Origin: Actinomycetes bacterium | GTDB taxonomy: Bacteria; Actinomycetota; Acidimicrobiia; Acidimicrobiales; RAAP-2 | Assembly: GCA_021779735.1 (NCBI GenBank) | Contig: JAJYAC010000003.1 | Span: 1,702-65,701, forward strand | Direction: 5' to 3' | Length of the DNA: 64,000 nt | In this document: one piece after another, positions 28,343-37,680 of the stretch | How positions within the stretch are numbered: the first letter of the stretch is position 1 | Layout: every line of letters starts with the position of its first letter | Translations under genes and position numbers: made by a program | The notes under the pieces: generated by a model | What the model saw: only the letters and a program-made list of their open reading frames with translations | Databases searched by the model: none | Told to the model about the DNA's origin: nothing

Positions 28343-29251
28343 GTGAGCTACGCGATCGAGATGAACCACCTGCGCGTCAGTTTCGGCTCGCTCGAGGCCG
28401 TGGCGGACGTCAGCCTCCAGGTGAGCTACGGCGAGGTCGTCACCCTGCTCGGGCCCAACGGCGCCGGCAAGACCACGGCGGTCGAGACCCTGCTGGGCTT
28501 TCGGGCGCCGACCGAGGGCACCGTGCGACTCCACGGACTCGACCCGCAGCGCGACCACCGTGACGTCGTCGCTCGTACCGGGGCCCTCCTCCAGCGCGGT
28601 GGCGTCTGGTTTCCCATGACCCCGGCCCAGGTTCTCGATCTCACCGCGGCCTACTACGACGCCCCGCGCGAGCCGAGCGAACTACTTGCCCTGCTCGACC
28701 TCGAGCGCTGCGCGCGGACTCCCTGGCGACGCCTCTCAGGTGGCGAGCAGCAGCGCACGCTCCTCGCCCTCGCGCTGATCGGGCGACCGCGGGTCCTCGT
28801 CCTCGACGAGCCCACCACCGCGGTCGACCCCGAGGGCCGCCAGGTGATTCGAGCGCTCATCGCGGCGGAGGCCGCGCGGGGTTGCGCGCTGCTGCTGACG
28901 ACCCACGAGCTCGACGAGGCCGAGCGCGTGAGCGATCGACTCGTCATTCTCAACCACGGGACCGTCATCGCCCAGGGCCGCCTCGACGAACTCGCCGGTC
29001 GACCCGAGGTCGTCGTCGAGGTGAGTGACGAGGTCGACACCGACGAGCTCGCCGCCGCGCTCGGCTGCGCGGTCGAACGCACGGGCTCGCGCACGCTGCG
29101 TTGCGCCAGCGTCTCGACACCCGCGTTGGTCGCGAACCTCACCGCGTTCTTGGGTGATCGCGGTGTGTCGATCGTCGCGCTGCGCACGCGCGCGACCCTT
29201 GAGGAGCGCTACCTCGAGCTCCTCGCGGCCCAGCGGGTGGCGGGCCCGTGA
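28343..29251 (+). CDS. ABC-2 type transporter ATP-binding protein (Rv1458c-like)
   Basis: GPNGAGKTT, LSGGEQQR, LDEPT. Syntenic with ctaA/ctaB. Confidence 0.88.
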   Translation: MSYAIEMNHLRVSFGSLEAVADVSLQVSYGEVVTLLGPNGAGKTTAVETLLGFRAPTEGTVRLHGLDPQRDHRDVVARTGALLQRGGVWFPMTPAQVLDLTAAYYDAPREPSELLALLDLERCARTPWRRLSGGEQQRTLLALALIGRPRVLVLDEPTTAVDPEGRQVIRALIAAEAARGCALLLTTHELDEAERVSDRLVILNHGTVIAQGRLDELAGRPEVVVEVSDEVDTDELAAALGCAVERTGSRTLRCASVSTPALVANLTAFLGDRGVSIVALRTRATLEERYLELLAAQRVAGP

Positions 29252-29979
29252 ACGCGCTGCTCGCCCAGATCCGCGCCGAGGTGCGCATGACGGTGCGCCG
29301 CGGCGAGACGCTGCTCTTGACCGTCGGCATCCCGGTGCTGATCCTCGTCTTCTTCTCCACGACCCACGTCATGACATTGCCCACCGCGCGCCGCGTCGAC
29401 TTCATCGCCCCGGGTGTGCTCGCCCTGAGCGTCCTCTCGACGTCTCTCGTGGCTCTGTCGATCGCCACCGGCTTCGAGCGCTCCTTCGGGGTCCTGCGTC
29501 GCTTGCACGTGACCCCGCTGGGCCGACCGCGCCTCATCGGGGCCAAGATCGCCGGGGTTCTCGTCACCGAAGCCATTCAGATTGCGATTCTCACCGGTGT
29601 CGCCCTCGCCCTCGGCTGGCACCCGCGTGGGGCTCTCACGGGAGCTCTCAGCGTCGTCGGCCTCGTCCTGCTCGCCACCGCCGGCCTCGCGGGAGTGGGC
29701 CTCGCGCTGGCGGGTCACCTGCGCGCCGAGGTGAATCTCGCCGCGAGCAACGGTCTCTACCTCGTCTTGCTCCTGCTCTCGGGCATCGTGGTGCCGGCCA
29801 CGTCGCTGCCCGGTGCGATTCGCGCGGTCATGACCTGGATACCTTCGGGCGCCCTCGCCGACGGACTGCACCGCGTGCTGGGCTCGGGCGCCTCTCCGCG
29901 GGTCCTCGACTGGGTCAGTCTCGCGCTCTGGGCCCTCGCCTCGCCGCTGCTCGCCGCGAGGACCTTCCGCTTCGACTGA
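29248..29979 (+). CDS. ABC-2 type transporter permease (Rv1457c-like)
   Basis: RRGETLLLT..IP, IATGFERSFGVLRRL..TPL, six TM helices. Confidence 0.88.
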   Translation: MNALLAQIRAEVRMTVRRGETLLLTVGIPVLILVFFSTTHVMTLPTARRVDFIAPGVLALSVLSTSLVALSIATGFERSFGVLRRLHVTPLGRPRLIGAKIAGVLVTEAIQIAILTGVALALGWHPRGALTGALSVVGLVLLATAGLAGVGLALAGHLRAEVNLAASNGLYLVLLLLSGIVVPATSLPGAIRAVMTWIPSGALADGLHRVLGSGASPRVLDWVSLALWALASPLLAARTFRFD

Positions 29980-29984
29980 CGCAC

Positions 29985-30605
29985 CTACCTCGAGAGGGCG
30001 GCAATGCCCTTGGCGAGTTGAGTCGTCGAGATGGCGCCGAAGTAGACGTTGGTCACCTGGCCGGTGGAGCTGAGAAACACCGTCTCGGGCAGCGTGAGGA
30101 ATTGAAAAAGCCCGTTGGTGACGTTGCCGTTGGCGTCGAAGGCGACGGGAAAGCCCACCTTGTCCTTGGTGACGAAAGCGCGCGCCGCCGCCTGCTGGTC
30201 GTTGGCGTCGATGCCGATCACGCGAACATTGCCCAGCTGACGGGCGCGCAGGTACGCAGCCACCTTGGGCATCTCCCCCTGGCACGGCCCGCACCACGAG
30301 GCGAAGAAGATCGCCACGGTGGGGTGCCCGCTCTCCCACGGGGCCCGTACGGTGCCGCGAAAGAGTCCAGGCATCGAGAAGCCCTTGAGCGTGGTGCCCA
30401 CGAGCGCGGTTGTGGCGAGGGTTGTCGACGTCGCGCCCTTTCGCGGCGCGCGACTCGACGCGGAGACGTTGGTGAAGTAGTTCACCACGAGAATCATGAC
30501 GAGCGCGATGCTCACCCCGAGGCCGAGTGACACCAGCGCCATCGGTGACGGCCGGCGCCGGATGTCAGGCGAGCTCGTAGAGCTAGTGGAATCGGACAAG
30601 GACAT
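29985..30605 (-). CDS. Membrane-anchored TlpA/ResA-like thiol-disulfide oxidoreductase
   Basis: FFASWCGPCQGEMP, cis-Pro loop LPETVF, N-terminal TM helix. Confidence 0.88.
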   Translation of the reverse strand: MSLSDSTSSTSSPDIRRRPSPMALVSLGLGVSIALVMILVVNYFTNVSASSRAPRKGATSTTLATTALVGTTLKGFSMPGLFRGTVRAPWESGHPTVAIFFASWCGPCQGEMPKVAAYLRARQLGNVRVIGIDANDQQAAARAFVTKDKVGFPVAFDANGNVTNGLFQFLTLPETVFLSSTGQVTNVYFGAISTTQLAKGIAALSR

Positions 30606-31497
30606 CAACCGCCATGAAGACAAAGAGCGCCGTCAGGTACGTAATTGAGAAGTGAAAGAGTCTCATCGCCTCGGCGACGTCGGCCTTGTTGGAGACCGCG
30701 TGACGATAGAGGCGCAGCGCGTAGAACGAGAACAGGGCGCCGAGCACGGTTGAGGCGAGCGCGTAGATCCAGCCCAGATGGGCCAGGGGGCCAATCAACA
30801 TGGTGATGGCCCAGAGCACGACGCTGTAGATGAGGATTTCGAGCGTCGTGCGCCGCAGTGACGCCACGACTGGCATCATCGGCACGTTGGCCGCCTCGTA
30901 GTCGTCGCGGTAGCGAACGGCGAGCGCCCAGAAGTGTGGTGGCGTCCAGATGAAGATCACGATGAACAGCAGGACCGGAGTCCAGCTCAGCGAGTTGGTC
31001 ACCGCGGCCCAGCCCACGAGAACCGGGACGGCGCCGGCCGCGCCACCAATGACGATGTTCTGCTTCGAGCGTCTCTTGAGCCACATCGTGTAGACGAACA
31101 CGTAGAACGCCGTCGCCGACAGCGCGAGCCAAGCCGAGAGCGGGTTGACCCACGTAGAGAGGACGGCGAAGGACACGATCTCCAGGGCCGCCGCGAAGAT
31201 CGTCGCGGCGCGCGGGGTCATCACGCCCGTCACGAGTGGTCGGCGCTTGGTGCGCTGCATCACGGCGTCAATGTCGCGATCAATCACCATGTTGAACGCG
31301 TTGGCGCCCCCGGCGGCCAGTGTGCCGCCGATCAGCGTGGTGACGACGAGCCAGAATCCCGGGATGCCGTTCGCCGCCACTACCATCGTGGGCACCGTGG
31401 TGACCAACAACAGTTCGATGATGCGCGGCTTGGTGAGGGCGACGTACCCCTTGACCACGTCCGAGGTCGAGCGCGGGCTCGTGGTCGAGATTGTCAT
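30583..31497 (-). CDS. ctaB: Heme O synthase (protoheme IX farnesyltransferase)
   Basis: LTKPRIIELLL, DRDIDAVMQRT..RPL, IVIGGAAG, WTPPHFWALA. Confidence 0.96.
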   Translation of the reverse strand: MTISTTSPRSTSDVVKGYVALTKPRIIELLLVTTVPTMVVAANGIPGFWLVVTTLIGGTLAAGGANAFNMVIDRDIDAVMQRTKRRPLVTGVMTPRAATIFAAALEIVSFAVLSTWVNPLSAWLALSATAFYVFVYTMWLKRRSKQNIVIGGAAGAVPVLVGWAAVTNSLSWTPVLLFIVIFIWTPPHFWALAVRYRDDYEAANVPMMPVVASLRRTTLEILIYSVVLWAITMLIGPLAHLGWIYALASTVLGALFSFYALRLYRHAVSNKADVAEAMRLFHFSITYLTALFVFMAVDVLVRFH

Positions 31498-31538
31498 GGG
31501 GAGCATTCTATGAGTGCCCCCCTCTCAGGGCACCAGAA

Positions 31539-32495
31539 ATGAGCCGAACTCCCCGGCGCGTCTCCATCCCCCACTTTCGCTGGTTCGCGCTCGCCTCCTT
31601 CGTCTCCATGATCGTGATTGTCCTGACCGGAGCAGCCGTGCGCTTGACCGGGTCGGGTTTGGGCTGTCCCGACTGGCCCACCTGCTATCACCACCGGCTC
31701 GCCGGAAGCTGGTCGATACATCCCCTCATCGAGTACGCAAATCGCATCGTGACGGTCACGCTGGTCTTCGTGGCGGTCGCGACCTTCGTCGCGGCGTGGC
31801 TGCGCGAGGTGCGTCGCCGCGACCTCCTAGTCCTCACGGGACTCTTGATCGTGGGGGTGGTCGCCGACGCCATCCTCGGCGCCTTCGTCGTCTACTCCAA
31901 GCTCAATCCCTGGCTCGTGTCGCTGCACATGATTCTCTCGCTCTCTATGGTCGTGCTCGGCGCGGTGCTCTATCACCGCTCCAAGTACGTCTACGGACCC
32001 GGGGCGCGAGCCGACGTGCGCGATCCGCACTTTCGCCTCCTCGCGCGCCTGCTCTGGATTCCCTTCGTCGTTCTGCTCGTCACCGGCACGATCACGACCG
32101 GCTCGGGTCCGCACGCCGGCGGCTCCCAGGGCCAGCTCGTCGCGCGACGCCTGCCCTTCGCCTTCGCGAACGCCGCCTGGGTCCACTCCATCGCCGCGAT
32201 GCTCTTCGTCGGACTCGTCGCGGGTCTCGTCTTGGCCATTTGGGGCTCGAGCGCGCCGCTCGCTCTCCAGCATGGAGTGCGCCGCCTCGTCATCATTTCG
32301 CTCGTGCAGGCCGCCATCGGTGCCACGCAGTACCTCACCCACGTGCCCGTCGTACTCGTCGAATTTCACGTGGCCGGAGCGATCTCACTGTGCATCGGCG
32401 TCACGCAGTTCCACCTACGCCAGAGCGCTCACGACCGCGAACCGGGCACGCGTCGCGCCGAGACAAATCCTCCAATTCCTAGCGCCATACCCTAA
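31539..32495 (+). CDS. ctaA: Heme A synthase (COX15/CtaA family)
   Basis: VRLTGSGLGCPDWPTC, IEY.NR, TGSGPHAG, conserved His residues in TM helices. Confidence 0.88.
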   Translation: MSRTPRRVSIPHFRWFALASFVSMIVIVLTGAAVRLTGSGLGCPDWPTCYHHRLAGSWSIHPLIEYANRIVTVTLVFVAVATFVAAWLREVRRRDLLVLTGLLIVGVVADAILGAFVVYSKLNPWLVSLHMILSLSMVVLGAVLYHRSKYVYGPGARADVRDPHFRLLARLLWIPFVVLLVTGTITTGSGPHAGGSQGQLVARRLPFAFANAAWVHSIAAMLFVGLVAGLVLAIWGSSAPLALQHGVRRLVIISLVQAAIGATQYLTHVPVVLVEFHVAGAISLCIGVTQFHLRQSAHDREPGTRRAETNPPIPSAIP

Positions 32496-32594
32496 TATCA
32501 GGGTTGATAGGCGAGGCCTTTGGTCCCTAGTAGATCTCCGCAATAGCGTGCCATGCTGGGGCCAACGGCATGAGATCGGAGAAATGGGATACCT

Positions 32595-32777
32595 ATGGCG
32601 TGGATTTCGTTCCTAGCGGCGTTGATACCGCTCGACGGATTGGGTCACTACCTGCACTGGGGTGTCATCGACATCAGTGTGGCCAATTTCATCGTAATTT
32701 TGCTGATGATCGCCACTTTTGTGGCGGCCCTGCTGCTGCCGTTCCCCGGCCGTAGCCGCCGAAAGGAGAGTAAGTGA
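32595..32777 (+). CDS. Small membrane protein, first gene of the cytochrome b operon
   Basis: 60 aa, YLHWGVIDISVANF..I...F..ALLLPFP plus basic tail. GTGA overlap with the next gene. Confidence 0.65.
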   Translation: MAWISFLAALIPLDGLGHYLHWGVIDISVANFIVILLMIATFVAALLLPFPGRSRRKESK

Positions 32778-33397
32778 GCACCGACATCGACCACCAGTGG
32801 ACGACGCGACTGCGTCGCAAGGTGGCGGGTAAGTTACCGCCCGAAAAGTTGCTGCCCGACACTCAGCCCAGTTACGTCTCGTCGTGGATCTACGTCTTTG
32901 GCGTGACCACGATGTCGGCGCTCGCGGTGGTGATTGGCACGGGCTTCTTGCTGTCACTGCGCGGACCGCAGTGGTGGCACGAGTCTTCCGTCGGACACTT
33001 CGTCAACTCGTTGCACCTGTGGAGCGTGGAGATCTTCTTCTTCGCCATGGTCGTGCACCTGTGGGGCAAGTTCTTCATGGGCGCCTGGCGCGGCGGACGA
33101 ACGGCGACGTGGATGACCGGCGTCGTGACGTTCCTCGCCTCGATCGCCACGGCCTTTACCGGCTACGCGTCCCAGAGCAACTTCGACTCCCAGTGGATCA
33201 CGACCCAGGCCAAGGACGGCATCAACTCCACGGGCGCCGGCGCGTTCTTCAACGTGCTCAACCTCGGACAGATGCTGATGTGGCACATCGTGCTGCTGCC
33301 GCTCGCCGCGGTGATCCTGACCGCCCTGCACGTCTTGCTCGTGCGCATCAAGGGCGTCGTTCCCCCCTACGCAGACAAGGCTGGTGAAGCACTGTGA
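32774..33397 (+). CDS. Cytochrome b/b6 N-terminal-type diheme protein
   Basis: Four TM helices, His pairs H-x13-H (helix B) and H-x14-H (helix D), W.TGV, FTGY. Confidence 0.88.
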   Translation: MSTDIDHQWTTRLRRKVAGKLPPEKLLPDTQPSYVSSWIYVFGVTTMSALAVVIGTGFLLSLRGPQWWHESSVGHFVNSLHLWSVEIFFFAMVVHLWGKFFMGAWRGGRTATWMTGVVTFLASIATAFTGYASQSNFDSQWITTQAKDGINSTGAGAFFNVLNLGQMLMWHIVLLPLAAVILTALHVLLVRIKGVVPPYADKAGEAL

Positions 33398-34332
33398 GTA
33401 AGTCCTTTCGACCCGACGTCGACGCCCCGGAGTGGAAGGGTGGTCACAGCCCCTACGACATCATCAAGGAGGGCACCATCGCCCTCGTGGTCGTCGGCCT
33501 GCTGACCATCATCCTGGCCACTCTCTTCGGTTCGCCCGACGACCACGAGATCACCCTCAAGAACTGGGCCAACGCCACGCCGGTTGACTTCGCGACGACC
33601 GCCATCAACGAGATGAACGGCACGACGACGACGGCCGGCTACGGCGCGCCCTACAACACCGCGAGTGACGGCCAGAAGTTGGGGCCGCTCACACTCGCCA
33701 AGTGGGCCGGCGTGCGCATTCCGGTGAACACCGAGAGGGACTTTGTCATCCGTCCCCTGGAGTCACTGCCCTACAACGCCCAGCTCTCGAGCGCTCTGAC
33801 GACGTGGAAGAGCGCCTCGTCGAGCCAGCGGACGACGTGGGTGAACAACTACACCAAGGCCGACGCGAAGTTGGCGTACACGAACGGTCAGGTCGTCTCG
33901 ACCGCCACCGACGCCGGGCCCGTGCCCGTCTTCATCAACGACCTGACGAACATGGCTCGTTCGGGGGCCCTCGACACGGCGCTGGTCTCGGGAGGGAACT
34001 TCTTCTCCACCGACTACACCAAGCCCCTGTTGTTCCTCTCCGACGGGTCGTACCTCGCGGATCTGGCCCAAAAGCAGCACCTCCTGGGCAGCCAGTGGGG
34101 CATGATGAACGAGACGAACAGCTACCCGGGTCAGGCGTGGCTGTGGCTCTACACCTTCTGGTACCAGGTGTCGCCGTTCTCAACGAGTGCGAACGCCGAC
34201 GTCCAAGTCTGGGCAACGATGATGCTCCTCTCGGTCATCATGTTCCTCGTGCCGGTCATCCCCGGCCTGCGGGCCCTGCCGCGCAAGCTCAAGGTCTATC
34301 GACTGATCTGGCGCGAGCACTACCGCAAGTAG
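33394..34332 (+). CDS. Membrane protein, putative cytochrome b subunit-IV-like with a large extracytoplasmic insertion
   Basis: N-terminal YDIIKE plus TM helix, about 190-aa Thr/Asn-rich loop, PGQAWLWLYTFWYQ, final TM helix ending LVPVIPG. GTGA-coupled to cytochrome b. Confidence 0.6.
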   Translation: MSKSFRPDVDAPEWKGGHSPYDIIKEGTIALVVVGLLTIILATLFGSPDDHEITLKNWANATPVDFATTAINEMNGTTTTAGYGAPYNTASDGQKLGPLTLAKWAGVRIPVNTERDFVIRPLESLPYNAQLSSALTTWKSASSSQRTTWVNNYTKADAKLAYTNGQVVSTATDAGPVPVFINDLTNMARSGALDTALVSGGNFFSTDYTKPLLFLSDGSYLADLAQKQHLLGSQWGMMNETNSYPGQAWLWLYTFWYQVSPFSTSANADVQVWATMMLLSVIMFLVPVIPGLRALPRKLKVYRLIWREHYRK

Positions 34333-34340
34333 TTCCCCCC

Positions 34341-34374
34341 CAAAGGCCCGGTCCCGCGAGGGACCGGGCCTTTG
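34341..34374. terminator. Intrinsic terminator after the cytochrome b operon
   Basis: CAAAGGCCCGGTCCC-GCGA-GGGACCGGGCCTTTG perfect stem with GNRA loop. Confidence 0.8.
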
Positions 34375-34404
34375 TACGTCGCGCGACGTTTCTAGGATGA
34401 GGTC

Positions 34405-35172
34405 ATGGACCTTGATCTGACCGATCGCGCCTTTCTCATCACCGGCGGTACCGACGGGCTCGGGCTCGCCCTCGCCTCGACGCTGCTCGCCGAGGGTGCC
34501 CACGTCGCCGTCTGCGGACGAGACGCGACTCGTCTGTCCCACGCCCAAGAGCAATTGGGGCCCGAAGCGCTGTGCGTCGAGGCCGACGTCACCAGTGTGG
34601 GCCAACTCGATGAGTTCGTCGACGTGGCGCTCGCGCACTTTGGGCGAATCGATGGCGTCGTCAACAACGCGGGCAAGACCGCCGCATCGGCGATCGCGTC
34701 GTCCTCGGACGACGCCTGGCGTGAGGACTACGAACTCAAGGTGATCGCGGCACTGCACCTGTGCCGTCGGGCGTTGCCGGCTCTTCGAGAGACGCGTGGC
34801 TCGGTGCTGAACGTGCTGGCCATCATGGCGCGCACGCCGCCGCCCAACTCGACGCCCACCGCGGCGTCGCGCGCCGCGGGTCTCGCCCTGACCAAGGCCC
34901 TCTCTCACGAGGTGGGCCCGCACGGCGTGCGGGCCAACGCGCTCCTCGTCGGTCTCATCGAGTCAGGTCAGTGGGTGCGTCGCGCGGCCGACGCGCAACG
35001 TGATCTCGCCGAGTTCTACGCGGACATGGCCCAGCGGGCGGGTATCCCCCTCGGGCGCATCGGCTCAGCCCAGGAGTTCGCCAACGTCGCCGCCTTCTTG
35101 CTGTCGCCTCGCGCGTCCTACGTCACCGGCGTGGGCATCAGCGTCGACGGTGGCCTCTCGGGCGTCATCTGA
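34405..35172 (+). CDS. Short-chain dehydrogenase/reductase
   Basis: TGGTDGLG, VNNAG, GVRANAL, IPLGRIG, VDGG. Confidence 0.88.
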   Translation: MDLDLTDRAFLITGGTDGLGLALASTLLAEGAHVAVCGRDATRLSHAQEQLGPEALCVEADVTSVGQLDEFVDVALAHFGRIDGVVNNAGKTAASAIASSSDDAWREDYELKVIAALHLCRRALPALRETRGSVLNVLAIMARTPPPNSTPTAASRAAGLALTKALSHEVGPHGVRANALLVGLIESGQWVRRAADAQRDLAEFYADMAQRAGIPLGRIGSAQEFANVAAFLLSPRASYVTGVGISVDGGLSGVI

Positions 35173-35257
35173 GACGCTCGCCCACCCCGCGCGCGACGAT
35201 GCCTCCCGTGTGCGCGACGATCGTCACGACGGTCTTCTCGCGAGAGAGTCCGGGCCC

Positions 35258-35530
35258 ATGACGACGTGGGCCGTGCTGGGCGTCGCTGTCGCAGCGGTGG
35301 GTCTGGTCTGGTACTGGTCGGGTCGCTACGGGGGACGCGCGCGTCGGGGAACGTCGCTCGTGCGCGGCCCGCACACGCACGTGAACGCTAAGGGACGAGC
35401 CAAGGTGGGCTACGCGACGCGCGAGGACGCGCTCGCGGGCGCACGGCGCGCGAGCGCGCGCGACGGCGCGCCCATGAGCGTCTATCGGTGCGACACCTGT
35501 GCGCGCTGGCACGTCGGGCACGCGAAGTGA
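35258..35530 (+). CDS. Small TM-anchored protein with a C-terminal Cys2His2-like motif
   Basis: N-terminal hydrophobic helix, K..YATREDA, YRCDTCARWHVGH. Confidence 0.6.
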   Translation: MTTWAVLGVAVAAVGLVWYWSGRYGGRARRGTSLVRGPHTHVNAKGRAKVGYATREDALAGARRASARDGAPMSVYRCDTCARWHVGHAK

Positions 35531-35539
35531 CTTGGGGAG

Positions 35540-35612
35540 TGGAGACGATGGGGCTCGAACCCACGACCTCAGGCTTGCAAAGCCCGCGCTCTACCAACTG
35601 AGCTACGTCCCC
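35540..35612 (-). tRNA. tRNA-Ala (TGC), CCA not encoded
   Basis: GGGGACGTAGCTCAGTTGGTAGAGC...TTTGCAA...GGTTCGAGCCC, G3:U70 pair present. Confidence 0.96.
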
Positions 35613-35644
35613 GAAGCACCGAGTGTACCGGTCGAGACGCGCCT

Positions 35645-37009
35645 CTAGGAGAGGACCGGCACGCGTCCCTCGCGCGCGGCGGCCCCCAGGGCCGCGAAGT
35701 CCGCGAGGTTGCGTGTCGCGTACGCCTCGGCGTAGCGAGCCACCGACTCGGCGAAACGCTCATTCGAGCCGAGGTACCCCGCGATGCGCGCCGCCTCGCT
35801 GGAGCGCGCGTGGCCCCGGGCCAGTGCCCACGCGCAGGCGCGCGCGTACGCGCGCAGGCTGCGCGCGTTCAGACGCGTGAGATCCACGCTCGCCTTGTGG
35901 TCGTAGAGCTGGCGCACGTAGAAGCTCGTGTCCCCACCCGCGCCCTCGAGGGTGTGCCAGCCGAGGAAGGGGTCGGGGCGAGCCTGGAGGAATCGCTGAC
36001 CCTCGACGAGCCGCTGCCCGGCGTCGTCGACGTCGACGCCGCGCGCGATGGCCACCACCGACGGGCGGGCCTCTTTCACCTGGAGCACGAAGAGGTCGTG
36101 CTCGTCGCGGCCCGTCAGCAGCACGACGTAGCACTCGCGCCCAACACTGCCTATGCCGACTACCTGGCGCGCGACGTCGACGGGCGTGAACTGCGAGAGC
36201 AGGGCGGCGCGGTCCGAGACGAGCGTCGCGGGGTAGCCGTCGAGCACCACGTCGAGGGTGTGGCGCAGAAGTGCGGCGTCCTCACCCAGCTCTCGCACGG
36301 GCACCAGGTGCGGGGGCTTTGAGCGCAGCTGCGGGCCGTCTTCCGTCGTGGCGACGAGTCGCTTGAAGGCTCGACGCGTGGACACCGGCGTGAGTCTCGT
36401 GAGCAGTTCGTCGGCCCGTTCGAGGGCGCTTTCGCGAAAGCACCGGCGAAGGTCCCGGCTGAGTGCCGTGACGTCGAAGGTGAGGTACCAGGCATCCAGG
36501 CGCGAGAGAGTCGCGAGTCGGGCCATCGACCGCTGGTACTCCCGCGCCACGGCGAGGGCCGTCTCGCGGCGTAGTCGCCTCGAGAGGCCCAACTGGTCAG
36601 CGGCAATTACGACCGACGTCGCGAGACGCTTGACGTCCCACTCAAAGGGGCCCATCGCCGTCTCATCGAAGTCGTTGAGATCAAAGACGAGACGGCGCTC
36701 GGGCGACGAGAACACGCCGAAGTTGGCCAAGTGCGCGTCCCCACTCAGCTGCACGTGCAAAGGCGTCGAGGCACCGCGTGCGAGGTCCTCGGCCATGAGA
36801 AGGGCGGACCCGCGAAAGAACGCCAGCGGCGAGGCCAGCATGCGCTGGTAGCGAATCGCGAGCAGGTCAACGCGTCGACCCTTCTCCAGCCAGATGAGTC
36901 GAGAGACCGGGTCGTAGTTCGAGGGTCGCGCAGCGAGCTCGCCGAGGGCGGAGCGCGGCGTCGTCGCGCGAAGGGCACGGCCTTCGGCTCGCCGCGAGCG
37001 CACGCTCAC
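35645..37009 (-). CDS. DUF2252 family protein (kinase-like fold)
   Basis: IRYQRMLASPLAFFRGSA, GDAHLANFG, FDLNDFDE, FEWDVKRL, LQVKEA, FYVRQL, LARGHARS. Confidence 0.88.
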   Translation of the reverse strand: MSVRSRRAEGRALRATTPRSALGELAARPSNYDPVSRLIWLEKGRRVDLLAIRYQRMLASPLAFFRGSALLMAEDLARGASTPLHVQLSGDAHLANFGVFSSPERRLVFDLNDFDETAMGPFEWDVKRLATSVVIAADQLGLSRRLRRETALAVAREYQRSMARLATLSRLDAWYLTFDVTALSRDLRRCFRESALERADELLTRLTPVSTRRAFKRLVATTEDGPQLRSKPPHLVPVRELGEDAALLRHTLDVVLDGYPATLVSDRAALLSQFTPVDVARQVVGIGSVGRECYVVLLTGRDEHDLFVLQVKEARPSVVAIARGVDVDDAGQRLVEGQRFLQARPDPFLGWHTLEGAGGDTSFYVRQLYDHKASVDLTRLNARSLRAYARACAWALARGHARSSEAARIAGYLGSNERFAESVARYAEAYATRNLADFAALGAAAREGRVPVLS

Positions 37010-37617
37010 GAGACGGCCACCGTCTGAGGACGGTTCGCGCGTAGTCGTGGCCCCACGCGCGTGACGATGAGCAGAACGAGGATCGCGTCGGTGACCATGA
37101 TCACGCCCGGGAAAAGAGCCCCGACAGTGGTGAACTGGTGCAGCGTCAGCAACGTGATGCCGGTGTTCAGTGACCCCATGGCAAAGGCCCACCACGTCTC
37201 GGTCTGGGGAGCGAGCCAGGACTTTCGCACGGTGGGAAGCGCCGCCACCTGGTCGGCGACGACGAAGGAGATGAGGGCCACCGTGGGCTCGTGCACGAGC
37301 GCCCAGAAGGCAATCCCCGCGAGCGAGAGGATCCCACAGACGATGTCGAACGTGGAGAGTCTCCACACGCCGTGGTGGCCACGAAACGAAGCCAGGACGA
37401 CGAGCACCGGACCCAAGCCGAGCATCAGGGTCATACCCGCGGCCAGTCCCACGTGCTGGGTAACCTCGACCGCGAAGGCGAGCACTCCCTCGAGGGCCCA
37501 CAGGCCCCACGTGACCCGATTAGGCGCCGTCGAACCGCGCAGCGTGTCGCGGATGTAACCCGCCACTCCCACAAGTGACAGGAGCATCGCGAGGTAGACG
37601 AAGCGCGGGTCAATCAC
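37006..37617 (-). CDS. Hypothetical polytopic membrane protein
   Basis: YIRDTLRG.TAPNRVTW and PTVRKSW..P.TE internal repeats, about 7 TM helices. GTGA-coupled to DUF2252. Confidence 0.7.
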   Translation of the reverse strand: MIDPRFVYLAMLLSLVGVAGYIRDTLRGSTAPNRVTWGLWALEGVLAFAVEVTQHVGLAAGMTLMLGLGPVLVVLASFRGHHGVWRLSTFDIVCGILSLAGIAFWALVHEPTVALISFVVADQVAALPTVRKSWLAPQTETWWAFAMGSLNTGITLLTLHQFTTVGALFPGVIMVTDAILVLLIVTRVGPRLRANRPQTVAVS

Positions 37618-37680
37618 GTCACCCAGTCTGCCCGCCTGCGTCGCCAGAGGTGGCGACGGGCGTTGCTAGCCTCGGCGTTC

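Noticed and set aside
33427-33438. PEWK near the N-terminus of the subunit-IV-like protein as the PEWY motif
   Set aside because: It precedes the first TM helix, on the wrong side of the membrane for a Qo motif. Probably coincidental.
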